NCBI GenBank assembly: GCA_026134025.1 | Contig: JAOQII010000001.1 | Span: forward strand, 12,451-76,450 | Reading direction: 5' to 3' | Length of the DNA: 64,000 nt | Source: Candidatus Syntropharchaeum sp. | GTDB lineage: Archaea; Halobacteriota; Syntropharchaeia; Syntropharchaeales; Syntropharchaeaceae | Shown: positions 22,407 through 31,738 of the stretch, in pieces | Numbering within the stretch: position 1 is the stretch's first letter | How the letters are laid out: every line of letters begins with the position of its first letter | The notes under the pieces: generated by a model | Databases searched by the model: none | What the model was told of the DNA's origin: nothing | Seen by the model: the letters and a program-made list of their open reading frames with translations, nothing else | Made by a program: the position numbers and the translations under genes

Positions 22407-23414
22407 GTGAACAGAGATGTTTGCCTCGAGATCTTGCGAAATGCTGGGTGTAATAGTGAAGTAATACAGCATTCGGTCGCTGTAGCGGATCTGGCGCTTG
22501 AGATATGCGATACGCGATGGAAGGATCTGGCAGATCATGAACTTATCGAGGCTGGCGCACTGCTGCACGATATAGGAAGATCGAGAACCCAGGGAATTCA
22601 TCATGCCGTGGTTGGGGCAGCAATCGGGCGGGAACTCGGGCTTGATCCACGACTTGTTCTGATAATAGAGCGGCATATCGGAGCAGGCATAACCCAGGAT
22701 GAGGCAGAAGCATTAGGACTTCCTGCAAAGGATTATATACCGGAGACGATCGAAGAGAAGATCGTTGCACACGCTGATAACCTCGTGGATGGCACAGATA
22801 GGATCACGTTCGATGAACGGATCAGACAGGTAGAGGAGAAACTCACGGCATCGCACGTCAATCGAATGATCAAGCTTCACAACGAGGTCTGTGGCAGAGA
22901 ACCCGATATCGCGATTTTCTGGGGTTTTGCAAATATAAAAGATGTGAAGTACCTGATGAACGAGATTTCGAAGCTCGAACAGGATCATAATCTTGCTATA
23001 CAGATTGTTGGTGCAGCATTTGTGGCAGGTGAGGGGCACGTAATATCAGCGGTTAAGAAAGCGATCCGTTCGATAAGGGAGGAAAAGGCGATCGCATCCA
23101 ATCTGGGTCTCGAAATTCTTCTATATCTTGCTGGAACGCGTAATATCAGCAAAGCCCTGAAAATCGGAGTTAAAGAGGGTAGAAGCGATGTTGTGGTGTT
23201 GATCATCGGTGATACAATCGAGGATGGTATTAAGGAGAAAGTCTTTGAACTTCTCTCATTTGAGCCTTCTGCCATTGCAAGCTTTGACGAGGGTAGAAGG
23301 AATCGTTTAATAGAATTTTTTGAGATAACAGCAGAAGAACTTGCCTCTGTGGGTGAGAATAAGCTCGAAAAGCTTGTAATGGAACGAGTTGCACTCCTCG
23401 ATCTGACTAAATGA
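22407..23414 (+). CDS. HD-domain protein (TIGR00295-like) fused to KEOPS subunit Cgi121
   Basis: N-half HS..VA, LLHDIGR, HAVVGA, HIGAG, ADNL; C-half HV.SA..KA, LEILLYLAGTRNISKAL.IGVKEG, ERVALL. Confidence 0.85.
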   Translation: MNRDVCLEILRNAGCNSEVIQHSVAVADLALEICDTRWKDLADHELIEAGALLHDIGRSRTQGIHHAVVGAAIGRELGLDPRLVLIIERHIGAGITQDEAEALGLPAKDYIPETIEEKIVAHADNLVDGTDRITFDERIRQVEEKLTASHVNRMIKLHNEVCGREPDIAIFWGFANIKDVKYLMNEISKLEQDHNLAIQIVGAAFVAGEGHVISAVKKAIRSIREEKAIASNLGLEILLYLAGTRNISKALKIGVKEGRSDVVVLIIGDTIEDGIKEKVFELLSFEPSAIASFDEGRRNRLIEFFEITAEELASVGENKLEKLVMERVALLDLTK

Positions 23415-23555
23415 AAATTTCGAAATTTAACAATATGGATATTAAATTAAATTTCGTTAGAGTTAACAAAAAAATCGATGATAACCCTGCAAAAGCTTTA
23501 CAGAAACTTTTCCCTGTAGATATATTTAAATACCTGTATGTTCAAAGGGTTGTTA

Positions 23556-23614
23556 AGGAGATTTGGCATCCATCCATCCCCTCAGTATTTGTTTTGCGGT
23601 GCCAAATTTCTCCT
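23556..23614. other. 15-bp hairpin with 27-nt loop (candidate sRNA or rps8e 3' structure)
   Basis: AGGAGATTTGGCATC pairs with GGTGCCAAA(TT)TCTCCT; TATATTTAAATA about 25 nt upstream on the plus strand. Confidence 0.45.
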
Positions 23615-23638
23615 ATCTTTATCTGGATGTGAATATTT

Positions 23639-24016
23639 TTATCCTATCAGAACCGCGTTTATGACACCGTCCTGCCCCGGTCTCCCGGTCACAACCGCAT
23701 CACCAAGTTCTGTCTTTATCACAGCACCTCGGGTTATGATGTTACGCCTTACATAGTGCGGGTTTGCCGGGTTATCGACCACCGTCTCGATCTTTGCCTT
23801 CTGAGTCTTACCACTCGTTTTATCTGTTACATTTGCATATAAACCTCTAAAAAGCTTGACCTTTCTGTTTCCACCACGAACCCGCTGTACTTTTTTTCTC
23901 TCCTCTCCAATATGGGTGGTGGTGCTCGGTCTCCCAATCTCAAACTTCTTCTTACCACAACTTCGCTTGTATCTGCCACCTGATGGCTTTCGTTGTGATC
24001 TACCCTGCCACTTCAT
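23639..24016 (-). CDS. rps8e: 30S ribosomal protein S8e
   Basis: [42 protein letters not shown]. Confidence 0.97.
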   Translation of the reverse strand: MKWQGRSQRKPSGGRYKRSCGKKKFEIGRPSTTTHIGEERKKVQRVRGGNRKVKLFRGLYANVTDKTSGKTQKAKIETVVDNPANPHYVRRNIITRGAVIKTELGDAVVTGRPGQDGVINAVLIG

Positions 24017-24127
24017 AATAAATCTCCGTTTATACCGACTGTGAGGGTATATTTAATAGTTTGTATGAGACGTTTTATAAGGTTGCAGGAGAAGTATAAA
24101 GGTGATCAGGACGCGAGGTATCATAAG

Positions 24128-24967
24128 ATGGTCGAGCAGAGATCAATAACCAGGGAACTTGTTCTTTTATTTGAAGAGCATGAGAAGGAACTCATCGATC
24201 TATGGATGACGAAGATGAAGCAGCTCAAACTCATCAAAGGGCTTTCAGATGATGAACGGGAGCAGGAGTTTAGAAATATATATCGTGCAAGTCTTAGCGC
24301 GTTCAAAACAGGAGATTACAGCGAGGTTGAGAACTATACAAGCAAGATAGCAAAGCGAGGCGCGCTGCAAGGCATACCGGTAGACGAGATTCTCTTAAGT
24401 TTCCTGAAGCTTCGTGATGTGCGCCTCAGAAAACTGTTCATAACCTACCAGGGCGATCTCGCAAAGCTTCTTGAGGCGCTCGACTGCTTTGAGAAAGTCT
24501 CAAACAGGATCTTCTCAATCTTTGTTCTGGCACTGATAAGAGAGCGAGAGGAGACGATTCATGAGCAGCAGCGCGCCTTGCTTGAACTCTCAACACCCGT
24601 ACTCCAGCTTCGGGATGAGGCACTGGTGGTCCCATTGATCGGCGTGATCGATTCAGAAAGGGCATCGAGGATCGTGGAAGAGCTGCTTCAAAGAATCGTT
24701 GAGACGCAGGCCTCGGTTGTTGTGATGGATATGACTGGTGTTCCTATCATCGATACAGCGGTCGCAAACCACATACTAAAAACCGTACAGGCTTCAAAGC
24801 TCCTTGGGGCTGAGACGATACTCACAGGAATAAGTCCTGCAAATGCACAGACGATCGTAACGCTGGGAATTGACCTTTCCATGATTCGTACGAGAAGCAC
24901 GCTTCGAGAAGGGATCAAATTAATGCATACAATGCTTGGATTGGAAATTCGAAGGAGGGATGAGTAA
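24128..24967 (+). CDS. rsbR: Stressosome RsbR-like protein (helical sensor domain + STAS)
   Basis: ELSTPV, PLIGVIDSERA, DMTGVPIIDTAVA, LLGAETILTGI; start adjusted to ATG 24128. Confidence 0.88.
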   Translation: MVEQRSITRELVLLFEEHEKELIDLWMTKMKQLKLIKGLSDDEREQEFRNIYRASLSAFKTGDYSEVENYTSKIAKRGALQGIPVDEILLSFLKLRDVRLRKLFITYQGDLAKLLEALDCFEKVSNRIFSIFVLALIREREETIHEQQRALLELSTPVLQLRDEALVVPLIGVIDSERASRIVEELLQRIVETQASVVVMDMTGVPIIDTAVANHILKTVQASKLLGAETILTGISPANAQTIVTLGIDLSMIRTRSTLREGIKLMHTMLGLEIRRRDE

Positions 24968-25323
24968 TGATTATTCCGATACTCAAGATCGGTGATGTAC
25001 TGATCGTAACACTTCAGAGTGAGCTTACTGATCGTGAGGTTGAGGAACTGAGCCACGACATCCTTGATAAGATAAATAAAGTCGGGGCAGAAGGGGTTAT
25101 AATCGATATAACCGCCCTAAAAGTCGTTGACAGTTTCATGGCGAGATCCCTCAATTCGATAGCAAGTGCTGCGACACTGCTCGGTTCAGAGGTTGTCGTG
25201 GTTGGCATCCAGCCAGCAGTTGCACTGACGCTCGTGGAACTGGGGCTCAGGGTAAGCTGGGGCGTCAAGACCGCACTGAACCTTGAGAAAGGACTTGAGA
25301 TCCTCAAGAAGGAGCGAGCTTAA
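24967..25323 (+). CDS. rsbS: Stressosome RsbS (STAS)
   Basis: IPILKIG, IDITAL.VVDSF (phospho-Ser site), GIQPAVALTLVELG, TALNLEKGL. Confidence 0.92.
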   Translation: MIIPILKIGDVLIVTLQSELTDREVEELSHDILDKINKVGAEGVIIDITALKVVDSFMARSLNSIASAATLLGSEVVVVGIQPAVALTLVELGLRVSWGVKTALNLEKGLEILKKERA

Positions 25324-25336
25324 GTGAGGATTAAGG

Positions 25337-25735
25337 ATGGACGAACAGATGATCGAAGTGAAGAATGATACTGACATAATTCGTGTAAGGCGTATTGTTC
25401 GAGAGATGGCAGTTGAGATCGGATTTGGAGAGCTCGATCAGACACGAATTATAACCGCGATCTCGGAGCTTACCCGCAACATAATCGTTCATGCAAGTTC
25501 TGGAAAAGTTTTGATCAAGGAAGTTCAGAAAACCGGGAAGAGAGGTATTGAGATTACCTGTGCAGACGAAGGACCTGGAATCGTTGATATCGAGCTGGCA
25601 CTCAAGGATGGTTATACAACGTCAGGCGGTCTCGGGATCGGGATGACCGGGGCGAGGCGGTTGATGGATGAGTTTAAGGTGGAATCTGTCGTAGGAAGTG
25701 GCACCACGGTGATCGTGAAGAAATGGATGAAGTGA
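25337..25735 (+). CDS. rsbT: Ser/Thr kinase RsbT (GHKL fold)
   Basis: TAISELTRNI, DEGPGI, DGYTTSGGLGIG, RLMDEF, GTTV. Confidence 0.92.
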   Translation: MDEQMIEVKNDTDIIRVRRIVREMAVEIGFGELDQTRIITAISELTRNIIVHASSGKVLIKEVQKTGKRGIEITCADEGPGIVDIELALKDGYTTSGGLGIGMTGARRLMDEFKVESVVGSGTTVIVKKWMK

Positions 25736-26307
25736 AGCTGGGTGTTGCAACGCGCCCAACTTTGGGTTACGTTGAAAATGGGGACGGATACTTCATTGAG
25801 CGGTGGGATGATAAACTATTTCTTGCGGTATTCGATGGTCTTGGGCATGGTTCGGTAGCAGCAAAAGCATCAGAAATTTGTCTTACTACACTTAAGAAGA
25901 CCTATACAAAGGACCTACCCACGATCTTCAGCGTCTGCGATCATGAACTTAAGCGGACAAGGGGGGTTGTTATGGGTATCGCCCTCATCGATCTCTCAAG
26001 ACGCGCTTTAAAATATGCTGGCGTGGGCAACATCACAACGAAAGTTATGGGACCTCGGCAAAGTACGCATCTCATCTCGATGGATGGAATTGTGGGATAC
26101 AACCTTCCAAGGATCAGGATCTTTCCATACCAGCTCGAGAGAGGAGATCTTCTCATAATGCACTCAGATGGGATCTCATCCACAAGCCTCTCAAAGTACC
26201 CGCGCGAAAGGATGAGAAATTTTGACCCCCAGCGTGTTGCAGACGAGGTCCTGAATGGCTATGCTAAAAAAGAAGATGATGCGACGATACTGATCGCCCA
26301 TATCTGA
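25723..26307 (+). CDS. rsbX: PP2C/SpoIIE-type phosphatase, RsbX-like
   Basis: NGD, DGLGHG, TRG, GVGNI, GIVG, HSDGI, DDATIL. Confidence 0.85.
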   Translation: MDEVKLGVATRPTLGYVENGDGYFIERWDDKLFLAVFDGLGHGSVAAKASEICLTTLKKTYTKDLPTIFSVCDHELKRTRGVVMGIALIDLSRRALKYAGVGNITTKVMGPRQSTHLISMDGIVGYNLPRIRIFPYQLERGDLLIMHSDGISSTSLSKYPRERMRNFDPQRVADEVLNGYAKKEDDATILIAHI

Positions 26308-26406
26308 AACTGATCATAGACCCTGATCATCGTGGTGAGTACCTTTATATAGAAGTGCATCAAGAAAGTATGCTATGCTTCAGGTGATATAGAGGAGGTA
26401 GAAAAA

Positions 26407-26703
26407 ATGAGTAAGTGGTTATGGCCCCAACCAAACAAGAAAAATTGGCTCGTCATCACAGATGAGAAGAAAGGAACGATAAAAGTATACAACGAGAAAG
26501 GCGAACTTTTGACCGATAAAACAAACCTGAGTGAAGTTGTGGTGAAACTGATCGAGAAGAACTTCTTTGATACAGTCGGTGTAAAGCTCTCTGAACTTGG
26601 TGAACCTCTAAACCCCGCAATGGAAGGTTTTGAAAGGGAAGAAGAGAGCAAAGAGACTGTAAAGAAATCTGGCTTCAAAGAGCCGGATCCGATGTTTGCT
26701 TGA
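26407..26703 (+). CDS. Hypothetical protein
   Basis: 98 aa ORF with GAGGAGGT SD and upstream TTTATATA box. Confidence 0.65.
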   Translation: MSKWLWPQPNKKNWLVITDEKKGTIKVYNEKGELLTDKTNLSEVVVKLIEKNFFDTVGVKLSELGEPLNPAMEGFEREEESKETVKKSGFKEPDPMFA

Positions 26704-26705
26704 TA

Positions 26706-28037
26706 TCAATAACCGAGCACCTCAATGATTTTTTTAACTTTTGAGGTGACTTCCAGTCCTTTTCTGCCGGTTATTCTCACCATAGCTTCCTTGCCGATCC
26801 CACCTTTATCATAGATCACATCAGGGATAGTCCTGAGCTCTTTTATTACAGACTCAACGCCCCAGTCCATCGTTTTCACACCTTCTGGCTCATCTTCCCG
26901 CTCAAAAGCTGCTGATTCGAGTCCAATATCAGAACAGGCGTTTATTATTTGCTCACTGTATCGCATGTTAAAGCATGCTCGCATATCAGGATCGAATCGC
27001 ATCAGCGCAAGAACAATCCGCGCGATATGGTCACTCGCCCCAAACTCGATCGGGCCAACCTGAATCGCAGCATCACCGCATCTTACGATCCTGCCACGTA
27101 CCGCTGCAACATCATCTATTCCTTCTGCATCAGGAATCGCAACCGCGAGGTTTGATCCAACCTCTGGCAGAAATGTGGCGATATCGAGTTTTAGAAGCTC
27201 AGCCACGGCACCTTTTAGATCCTCAAGTACGATGTAACGTTCGGCAGCATTTATCAAGCGTTTTGACTGGTTGATAGGCAAGAATCCAGATCCTACAGGA
27301 TAAGCATTTTTGATAGCCTCTGTAACAAAGCGCTTTGCAAATATCGCAGCATCAAGAAGATCTTCTCCATGGAAAAGATTCACCGCTAAAGCTGCTGTGT
27401 ATGTACAACCTGTCCCGTGAAAATCCCCTCCAACGAGATCCATCCCCTCACCAATTGAGCTAAACTCCCCATCACGATCGAGGAGAAGATCAATACCATC
27501 GAGATGTCCTCCAGTTATTATCACATTTTCTGCGCCGATCTTTTTTATCGCAACCGCAGCCTTCTTTGCAGCCTCGATATTTCTGATCCTGAGATTGGTG
27601 AGTTTCTCTGCCTCAAATATGTTTGGTGTTACAAGGTAAGAATGCGCCACAAGTTCCTTCTTCAGATCCTCTAACGCCAGTTCATCGAGAAGCGCTCCAT
27701 CTGTCGAGGATCTTATGACTGGATCGAGTATTAGGGGTGTGTTAAGCCCGGATAGTTCCTCAGCGATTACCTTGATAACATCAGATCCGCCGACCATCCC
27801 AACTTTAACGAGGGCTACCTGCATGTCATCTATGATCGCTCGAATCTGTGACCTGATAACCTCTACCGGTAGATCAAACCGACTGATGAAGCTTGACGTG
27901 TTCTGGGAGGTCACCGATGTTATGACAGAGACGCCGTATACACCAAGGACCTGAAACGTCTTGAGATCTGCCTGAATACCTGCGCCTGCAGAAGGATCAG
28001 AGCCCCCGATCGTTAGAAGAACCTCCCGGCGCGGCAT
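26706..28037 (-). CDS. thiDN: Bifunctional HMP/HMP-P kinase and thiamine-phosphate synthase (ThiD-ThiN)
   Basis: GSDPSAGAGIQADLKT, TPN..EA, HGTGC; C-terminal PEVGSN, FGASDH, GGIGKE. Confidence 0.93.
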   Translation of the reverse strand: MPRREVLLTIGGSDPSAGAGIQADLKTFQVLGVYGVSVITSVTSQNTSSFISRFDLPVEVIRSQIRAIIDDMQVALVKVGMVGGSDVIKVIAEELSGLNTPLILDPVIRSSTDGALLDELALEDLKKELVAHSYLVTPNIFEAEKLTNLRIRNIEAAKKAAVAIKKIGAENVIITGGHLDGIDLLLDRDGEFSSIGEGMDLVGGDFHGTGCTYTAALAVNLFHGEDLLDAAIFAKRFVTEAIKNAYPVGSGFLPINQSKRLINAAERYIVLEDLKGAVAELLKLDIATFLPEVGSNLAVAIPDAEGIDDVAAVRGRIVRCGDAAIQVGPIEFGASDHIARIVLALMRFDPDMRACFNMRYSEQIINACSDIGLESAAFEREDEPEGVKTMDWGVESVIKELRTIPDVIYDKGGIGKEAMVRITGRKGLEVTSKVKKIIEVLGY

Positions 28038-28041
28038 CGTA

Positions 28042-28896
28042 TCAGTAATCAATCTCGCCATCGTAGATGATATTGGCTTTGCCTGTCAGGTATGCACCAT
28101 CCTCTGTAAGTGTCACTTTGAGCACTCCACCAAGGGCACGGACAGTGACCTCTCTTGAAGGATCGATCATCTTCAGCTTCTCCAGTGCGTATACAGCAGC
28201 GGTTGCACCTGTGCCGCATGATAATGTCTCGCCCACGCCGCGTTCATACGTCCTGATATCAAAGTCATTTAGATCATTCACCTCAACAAACTGGACGTTT
28301 GTCCGGCGTGGGAAGGCATCATGGTTCTCGATGAAACTACCAAGACTATCGACGTCTGTTCCATAGAGGTTATCGACAACAGAAACAGCATGTGGGTTTC
28401 CGATGTTGAGAGCCGTTATCTTGATCGTTCCGATCTCATCGTTTACATACAGATCTGTATCGATCGCAAAATCCCCATTCCCTTCCATCGGGATGAGTTT
28501 TCGCTCAAATTCCGCTCTCCCCATCAGGACCCTCACTTCTTCGACAACTCCATCATTTACGATTACCTCAGGTGTGATCACGCCTCCAAGTGTCTCGACG
28601 GTTATCTTCTTCTCCTTTACGATACCGCGCTCATAGACATACTTTGCAAAACATCTCATCCCGTTACCAGACATCTCTGCCTCAGAGCCGTCCGGGTTGA
28701 ATATCCGCATCTGCACATCACAGATACCTGAAGGAGATATAAATATCACCCCATCTGCACCAATAGAGAATTTTCTCTCACAAACACGCTTTGCGAACGT
28801 AGCTTTATCTACCTCTGGGATAACTTCGCCATCCATCTCATCTATTATGATAAAATCGTTGCCAGTACCCTCTACCTTCGTAAATTTAACTTCCAT
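28042..28896 (-). CDS. dapF: Diaminopimelate epimerase
   Basis: GTGNDF, IGADG, NPDGSEAEMSGNG.RC, GNPH, ERGVGETLSCGTGA. Confidence 0.92.
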   Translation of the reverse strand: MEVKFTKVEGTGNDFIIIDEMDGEVIPEVDKATFAKRVCERKFSIGADGVIFISPSGICDVQMRIFNPDGSEAEMSGNGMRCFAKYVYERGIVKEKKITVETLGGVITPEVIVNDGVVEEVRVLMGRAEFERKLIPMEGNGDFAIDTDLYVNDEIGTIKITALNIGNPHAVSVVDNLYGTDVDSLGSFIENHDAFPRRTNVQFVEVNDLNDFDIRTYERGVGETLSCGTGATAAVYALEKLKMIDPSREVTVRALGGVLKVTLTEDGAYLTGKANIIYDGEIDY

Positions 28897-28921
28897 ATCT
28901 CGATTCCTCCCTTAGAGAATA

Positions 28922-29560
28922 CTATACATCTTCCGATACAAGCTCAGTAAATACAAGTGTTCCAGAAATCTTCTTGACCTTGACCTTGACGACGTCGCCT
29001 TTCCGGTTGTAGGGGATGTAGAAGAGGTACTTATCCATCCTTGCAATCCCATCGCCTTTACGCCCAACATCCTCGATCTTGAGCTCATAGATGCCACCGA
29101 CCTCTACAAGAGGTGCTTTTTCAACCTTCTTCTGCCTGCTTCGCTTGAGTATTGAACGATGAGCACCACAGGCATCACATTCAAGCACCATGATTCGTCC
29201 GTTCTTTATCAGGTGTGTATCAGGACCGCCGCATTCAGAACAGATGACATACTCTTCAAGATATGAATCAAGGAGGTTTTCTACATTCTGGGGGCTGAAC
29301 TTTCCCTGAAAGATCGCTCTGCTACCTTCTATCTTTCCTGCGGTACCAAGCTCCCTCAAAAGATATTTCATAAGATGGTCTCGGTCGCGGTTGATGTAGT
29401 CGACGATCGCCCCAAAATTATCGAATATCGATGTCTTACCTTCGATGAATACGCTTGGTTTTGGCATCGTGAACCTCGATGTTGTATCAACGATTCTCGG
29501 GACGCGTTCTAAAGCCCTATCAAGCAATCCTATGTATTCTTCACTGCTTTCTGCCTCCAT
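28922..29560 (-). CDS. eif2b: Translation initiation factor aIF-2 beta with C-terminal TRAM domain
   Basis: LLRELGTAG, YVICSECGGPDT, CDACGA; TRAM IEDVGRKGDGIA. Confidence 0.94.
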   Translation of the reverse strand: MEAESSEEYIGLLDRALERVPRIVDTTSRFTMPKPSVFIEGKTSIFDNFGAIVDYINRDRDHLMKYLLRELGTAGKIEGSRAIFQGKFSPQNVENLLDSYLEEYVICSECGGPDTHLIKNGRIMVLECDACGAHRSILKRSRQKKVEKAPLVEVGGIYELKIEDVGRKGDGIARMDKYLFYIPYNRKGDVVKVKVKKISGTLVFTELVSEDV

Positions 29561-29600
29561 CCTGCAAACCTCTTTTTTTATCCACAATTTATAAATTAAG

Positions 29601-29770
29601 TGGGGCTGGTGCGATTCGAACACACGATCGACGGGTCTCTCCGATTATCAGTGCTCCAACGGGTCATCATTATCCTGAAAGATCGCGTCCGACCTTCTCG
29701 ATTCAGTAGACCCATTGTTCATCATATTACCGCTGGAGCCCGTCGCCATTCCTGACTAGGCCACAGCCCC
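29601..29770 (-). tRNA. tRNA-Trp(CCA) with ~96-nt intron at 37/38
   Basis: Acceptor GGGGCTG/CAGCCCC, anticodon arm ACGGG-CTCCAG|A-CCCGT interrupted by intron, T loop GTTCGAATC. Confidence 0.93.
29637..29732 (-). ncRNA. Intron-encoded box C/D guide sRNA of pre-tRNA-Trp
   Basis: Two ATGATGA (C, C') and two CTGA (D', D) boxes; guides TGGGTCT and TTGGAGC are complementary to the host anticodon arm. Confidence 0.88.
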
Positions 29771-29897
29771 TCCAACAATTCTTACTATACTTCTTTCTAA
29801 TTATATCTTTCGCAGGGCATGATCATTTCCTTACAGCCACATAGAAAGCTTCATATAAATACAGAGAGGTATTGTAAGAAAAGAGACGTGATATCGA

Positions 29898-30821
29898 ATG
29901 GAAGTTGAGAGTAAGACTCCAATATCTGATAAATTTGGATTTATTGGCTCGCTTTTAGCGTCTTTCATACTCTTGTCTTTTACGATATACTCGTTTATCA
30001 TCGATTTACTTGTGGAGTTTGACCCCCATGGTATCCTTGTTGATGTTATCTTTCTCTTCATCGCCTTTGAGGTTGGCTTCTTCGCGTTTAAAACCTTTGG
30101 AAAGGTGATGTACTATGAGAAAGTCGTCGATGCCTCTTTTGAGAAGGGGATTTACAGGCGGCTCGAGCCGGTCTTAAGGAGAATTGCAGAAGTCGGGGTT
30201 GAAATAGACGAGGTGAAGGAGGATGTTGATCTTCTAAACCGCAAAGTAGCAACGATCATGGAGGAACAGGCGAAGAGGTCCCCTGAAACAATCGCACCAG
30301 GGGTTCCATCAAAGTTTGCGACAAAAACAACACTCTTAGCGATCTTAACGATGGCTGGTTTTCTCTATGTGCTCGAATTTCCGATCGGTGTGGTTCATTA
30401 CGTAACACTTCTTTTCTATATTGTATGGTGGTTATTCCTCACAAATGAATTAGAACTCTTTGAAGAGACCATTGCATGGGTATTTATAGCAGTCCCGATA
30501 CTCGCAGTCCCGATAGGTGCAATCTTTCTCCATGCACTCTTCAGCCTCAATGCGATGATTGGTATACTCTTCGGAGGTCTTGCAGTCTTTGTCTTTCTCT
30601 ACTACTCCTGGGGGCTATACATTACGAAAGGTGTATTCCCGTTAAGTTTGCCTGCTTTTGAACTCCCAAAAAGAAAGGAACAGGGTGTGAAGGTGCAGGA
30701 TAAACTCGCGCCAATAGGTGTATTGAGCGAGAAGAAGGCCCTGATCATAAAGGGTGCAGACGCGATTATCCTTCTCCTGCTTTTTTTATTGTTTGCGATC
30801 ATCGCCTACCTCCTCCTATAG
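29898..30821 (+). CDS. Hypothetical membrane protein with internal coiled coil
   Basis: About 7 hydrophobic segments; heptad stretch IDEVKEDVDLLNRKV. Confidence 0.7.
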   Translation: MEVESKTPISDKFGFIGSLLASFILLSFTIYSFIIDLLVEFDPHGILVDVIFLFIAFEVGFFAFKTFGKVMYYEKVVDASFEKGIYRRLEPVLRRIAEVGVEIDEVKEDVDLLNRKVATIMEEQAKRSPETIAPGVPSKFATKTTLLAILTMAGFLYVLEFPIGVVHYVTLLFYIVWWLFLTNELELFEETIAWVFIAVPILAVPIGAIFLHALFSLNAMIGILFGGLAVFVFLYYSWGLYITKGVFPLSLPAFELPKRKEQGVKVQDKLAPIGVLSEKKALIIKGADAIILLLLFLLFAIIAYLLL

Positions 30822-30826
30822 AGGTT

Positions 30827-31738
30827 CTAAAACGCATCGAGTAGATCCTGCTCTGTTATAATTCCAAGAAGCTGTTCATCCTCTACTACAGGTAGGGCAC
30901 CTATATTATGCTTCATAATCAGTGCGGCAACATCCCCAAGCATTGAATCCGGGGTTGTCGTTATTATCTTCTCGTGCATGATAATCTCAACGGGCAAGAG
31001 CGATGCCTCACGGAGATCGCCTGTTATGAGCTTCTCGAATATCTCTCCGCTTGAGATATACTGGATTATATCAGTCGACGTCACAAACCCGATGAGCTTT
31101 TCGTCATCATCTGTTATGGGGACACGGTGAAACCTGTTTCCAACCATGATCTTTGCGATTTTATGAATCGAGGTTTTCACATTTGCTGTTGTAATCGAGC
31201 GGTTCATGTAGTCGGATACAAGCTTGATACCTATCGCCTCGTTATTGCTGACCTCCTCGACAAAGTCTCTCACCGTGACAATTCCGATCACCGTACCAGA
31301 TTTATCAGTTATCGGAACTGCTCCAACCCCTTCTGCCTTCAGGACATCTATTGTCTGATGTATCGAAAAATCCTGATTGATTGAGATTGGATTTTCACTC
31401 ATAATCTCCCGAACCTCTGCATTTATCCCTGCAATGATGTTACGATCGTACTTTCCCACAAGTAACTGGTTCTTTTCGCCACCACCCATGAAATCGATTA
31501 TATCCTGGCTTGTCACGATTCCAAGCAGGTGATTTGTACCAGCATCTGTAACAGGAAGCCTCCTGCATTCATAATCTGCCATCGTCCTGACAGCACCCAT
31601 TATCGTCATCGTCGGAGGTACGGTCACGACATCTCGCGTTGCGAGGCGCATGATCTCTCCAGTGTGTTCTGAACGCCGTTGATTGAAGTCAATTCCACCT
31701 TTATCCCGGATATACTTCTCATGATTACCTCTATTCAC
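30827..31738 (-). CDS. CBS-domain protein (4 CBS)
   Basis: RRLPVTDAGT, GIVTSQDI, GALPVVE, GIITEQDL. Confidence 0.9.
   Translation of the reverse strand: MNRGNHEKYIRDKGGIDFNQRRSEHTGEIMRLATRDVVTVPPTMTIMGAVRTMADYECRRLPVTDAGTNHLLGIVTSQDIIDFMGGGEKNQLLVGKYDRNIIAGINAEVREIMSENPISINQDFSIHQTIDVLKAEGVGAVPITDKSGTVIGIVTVRDFVEEVSNNEAIGIKLVSDYMNRSITTANVKTSIHKIAKIMVGNRFHRVPITDDDEKLIGFVTSTDIIQYISSGEIFEKLITGDLREASLLPVEIIMHEKIITTTPDSMLGDVAALIMKHNIGALPVVEDEQLLGIITEQDLLDAF

Noticed and set aside
23414-23555. Possible replication origin (AT-rich, palindromes)
   Set aside because: No convincing repeated ORB motif and no adjacent cdc6/orc1
23411-23756. ORFs of 73 and 72 aa after the HD-Cgi121 gene
   Set aside because: AT-rich, no recognisable motifs; one overlaps rps8e antisense
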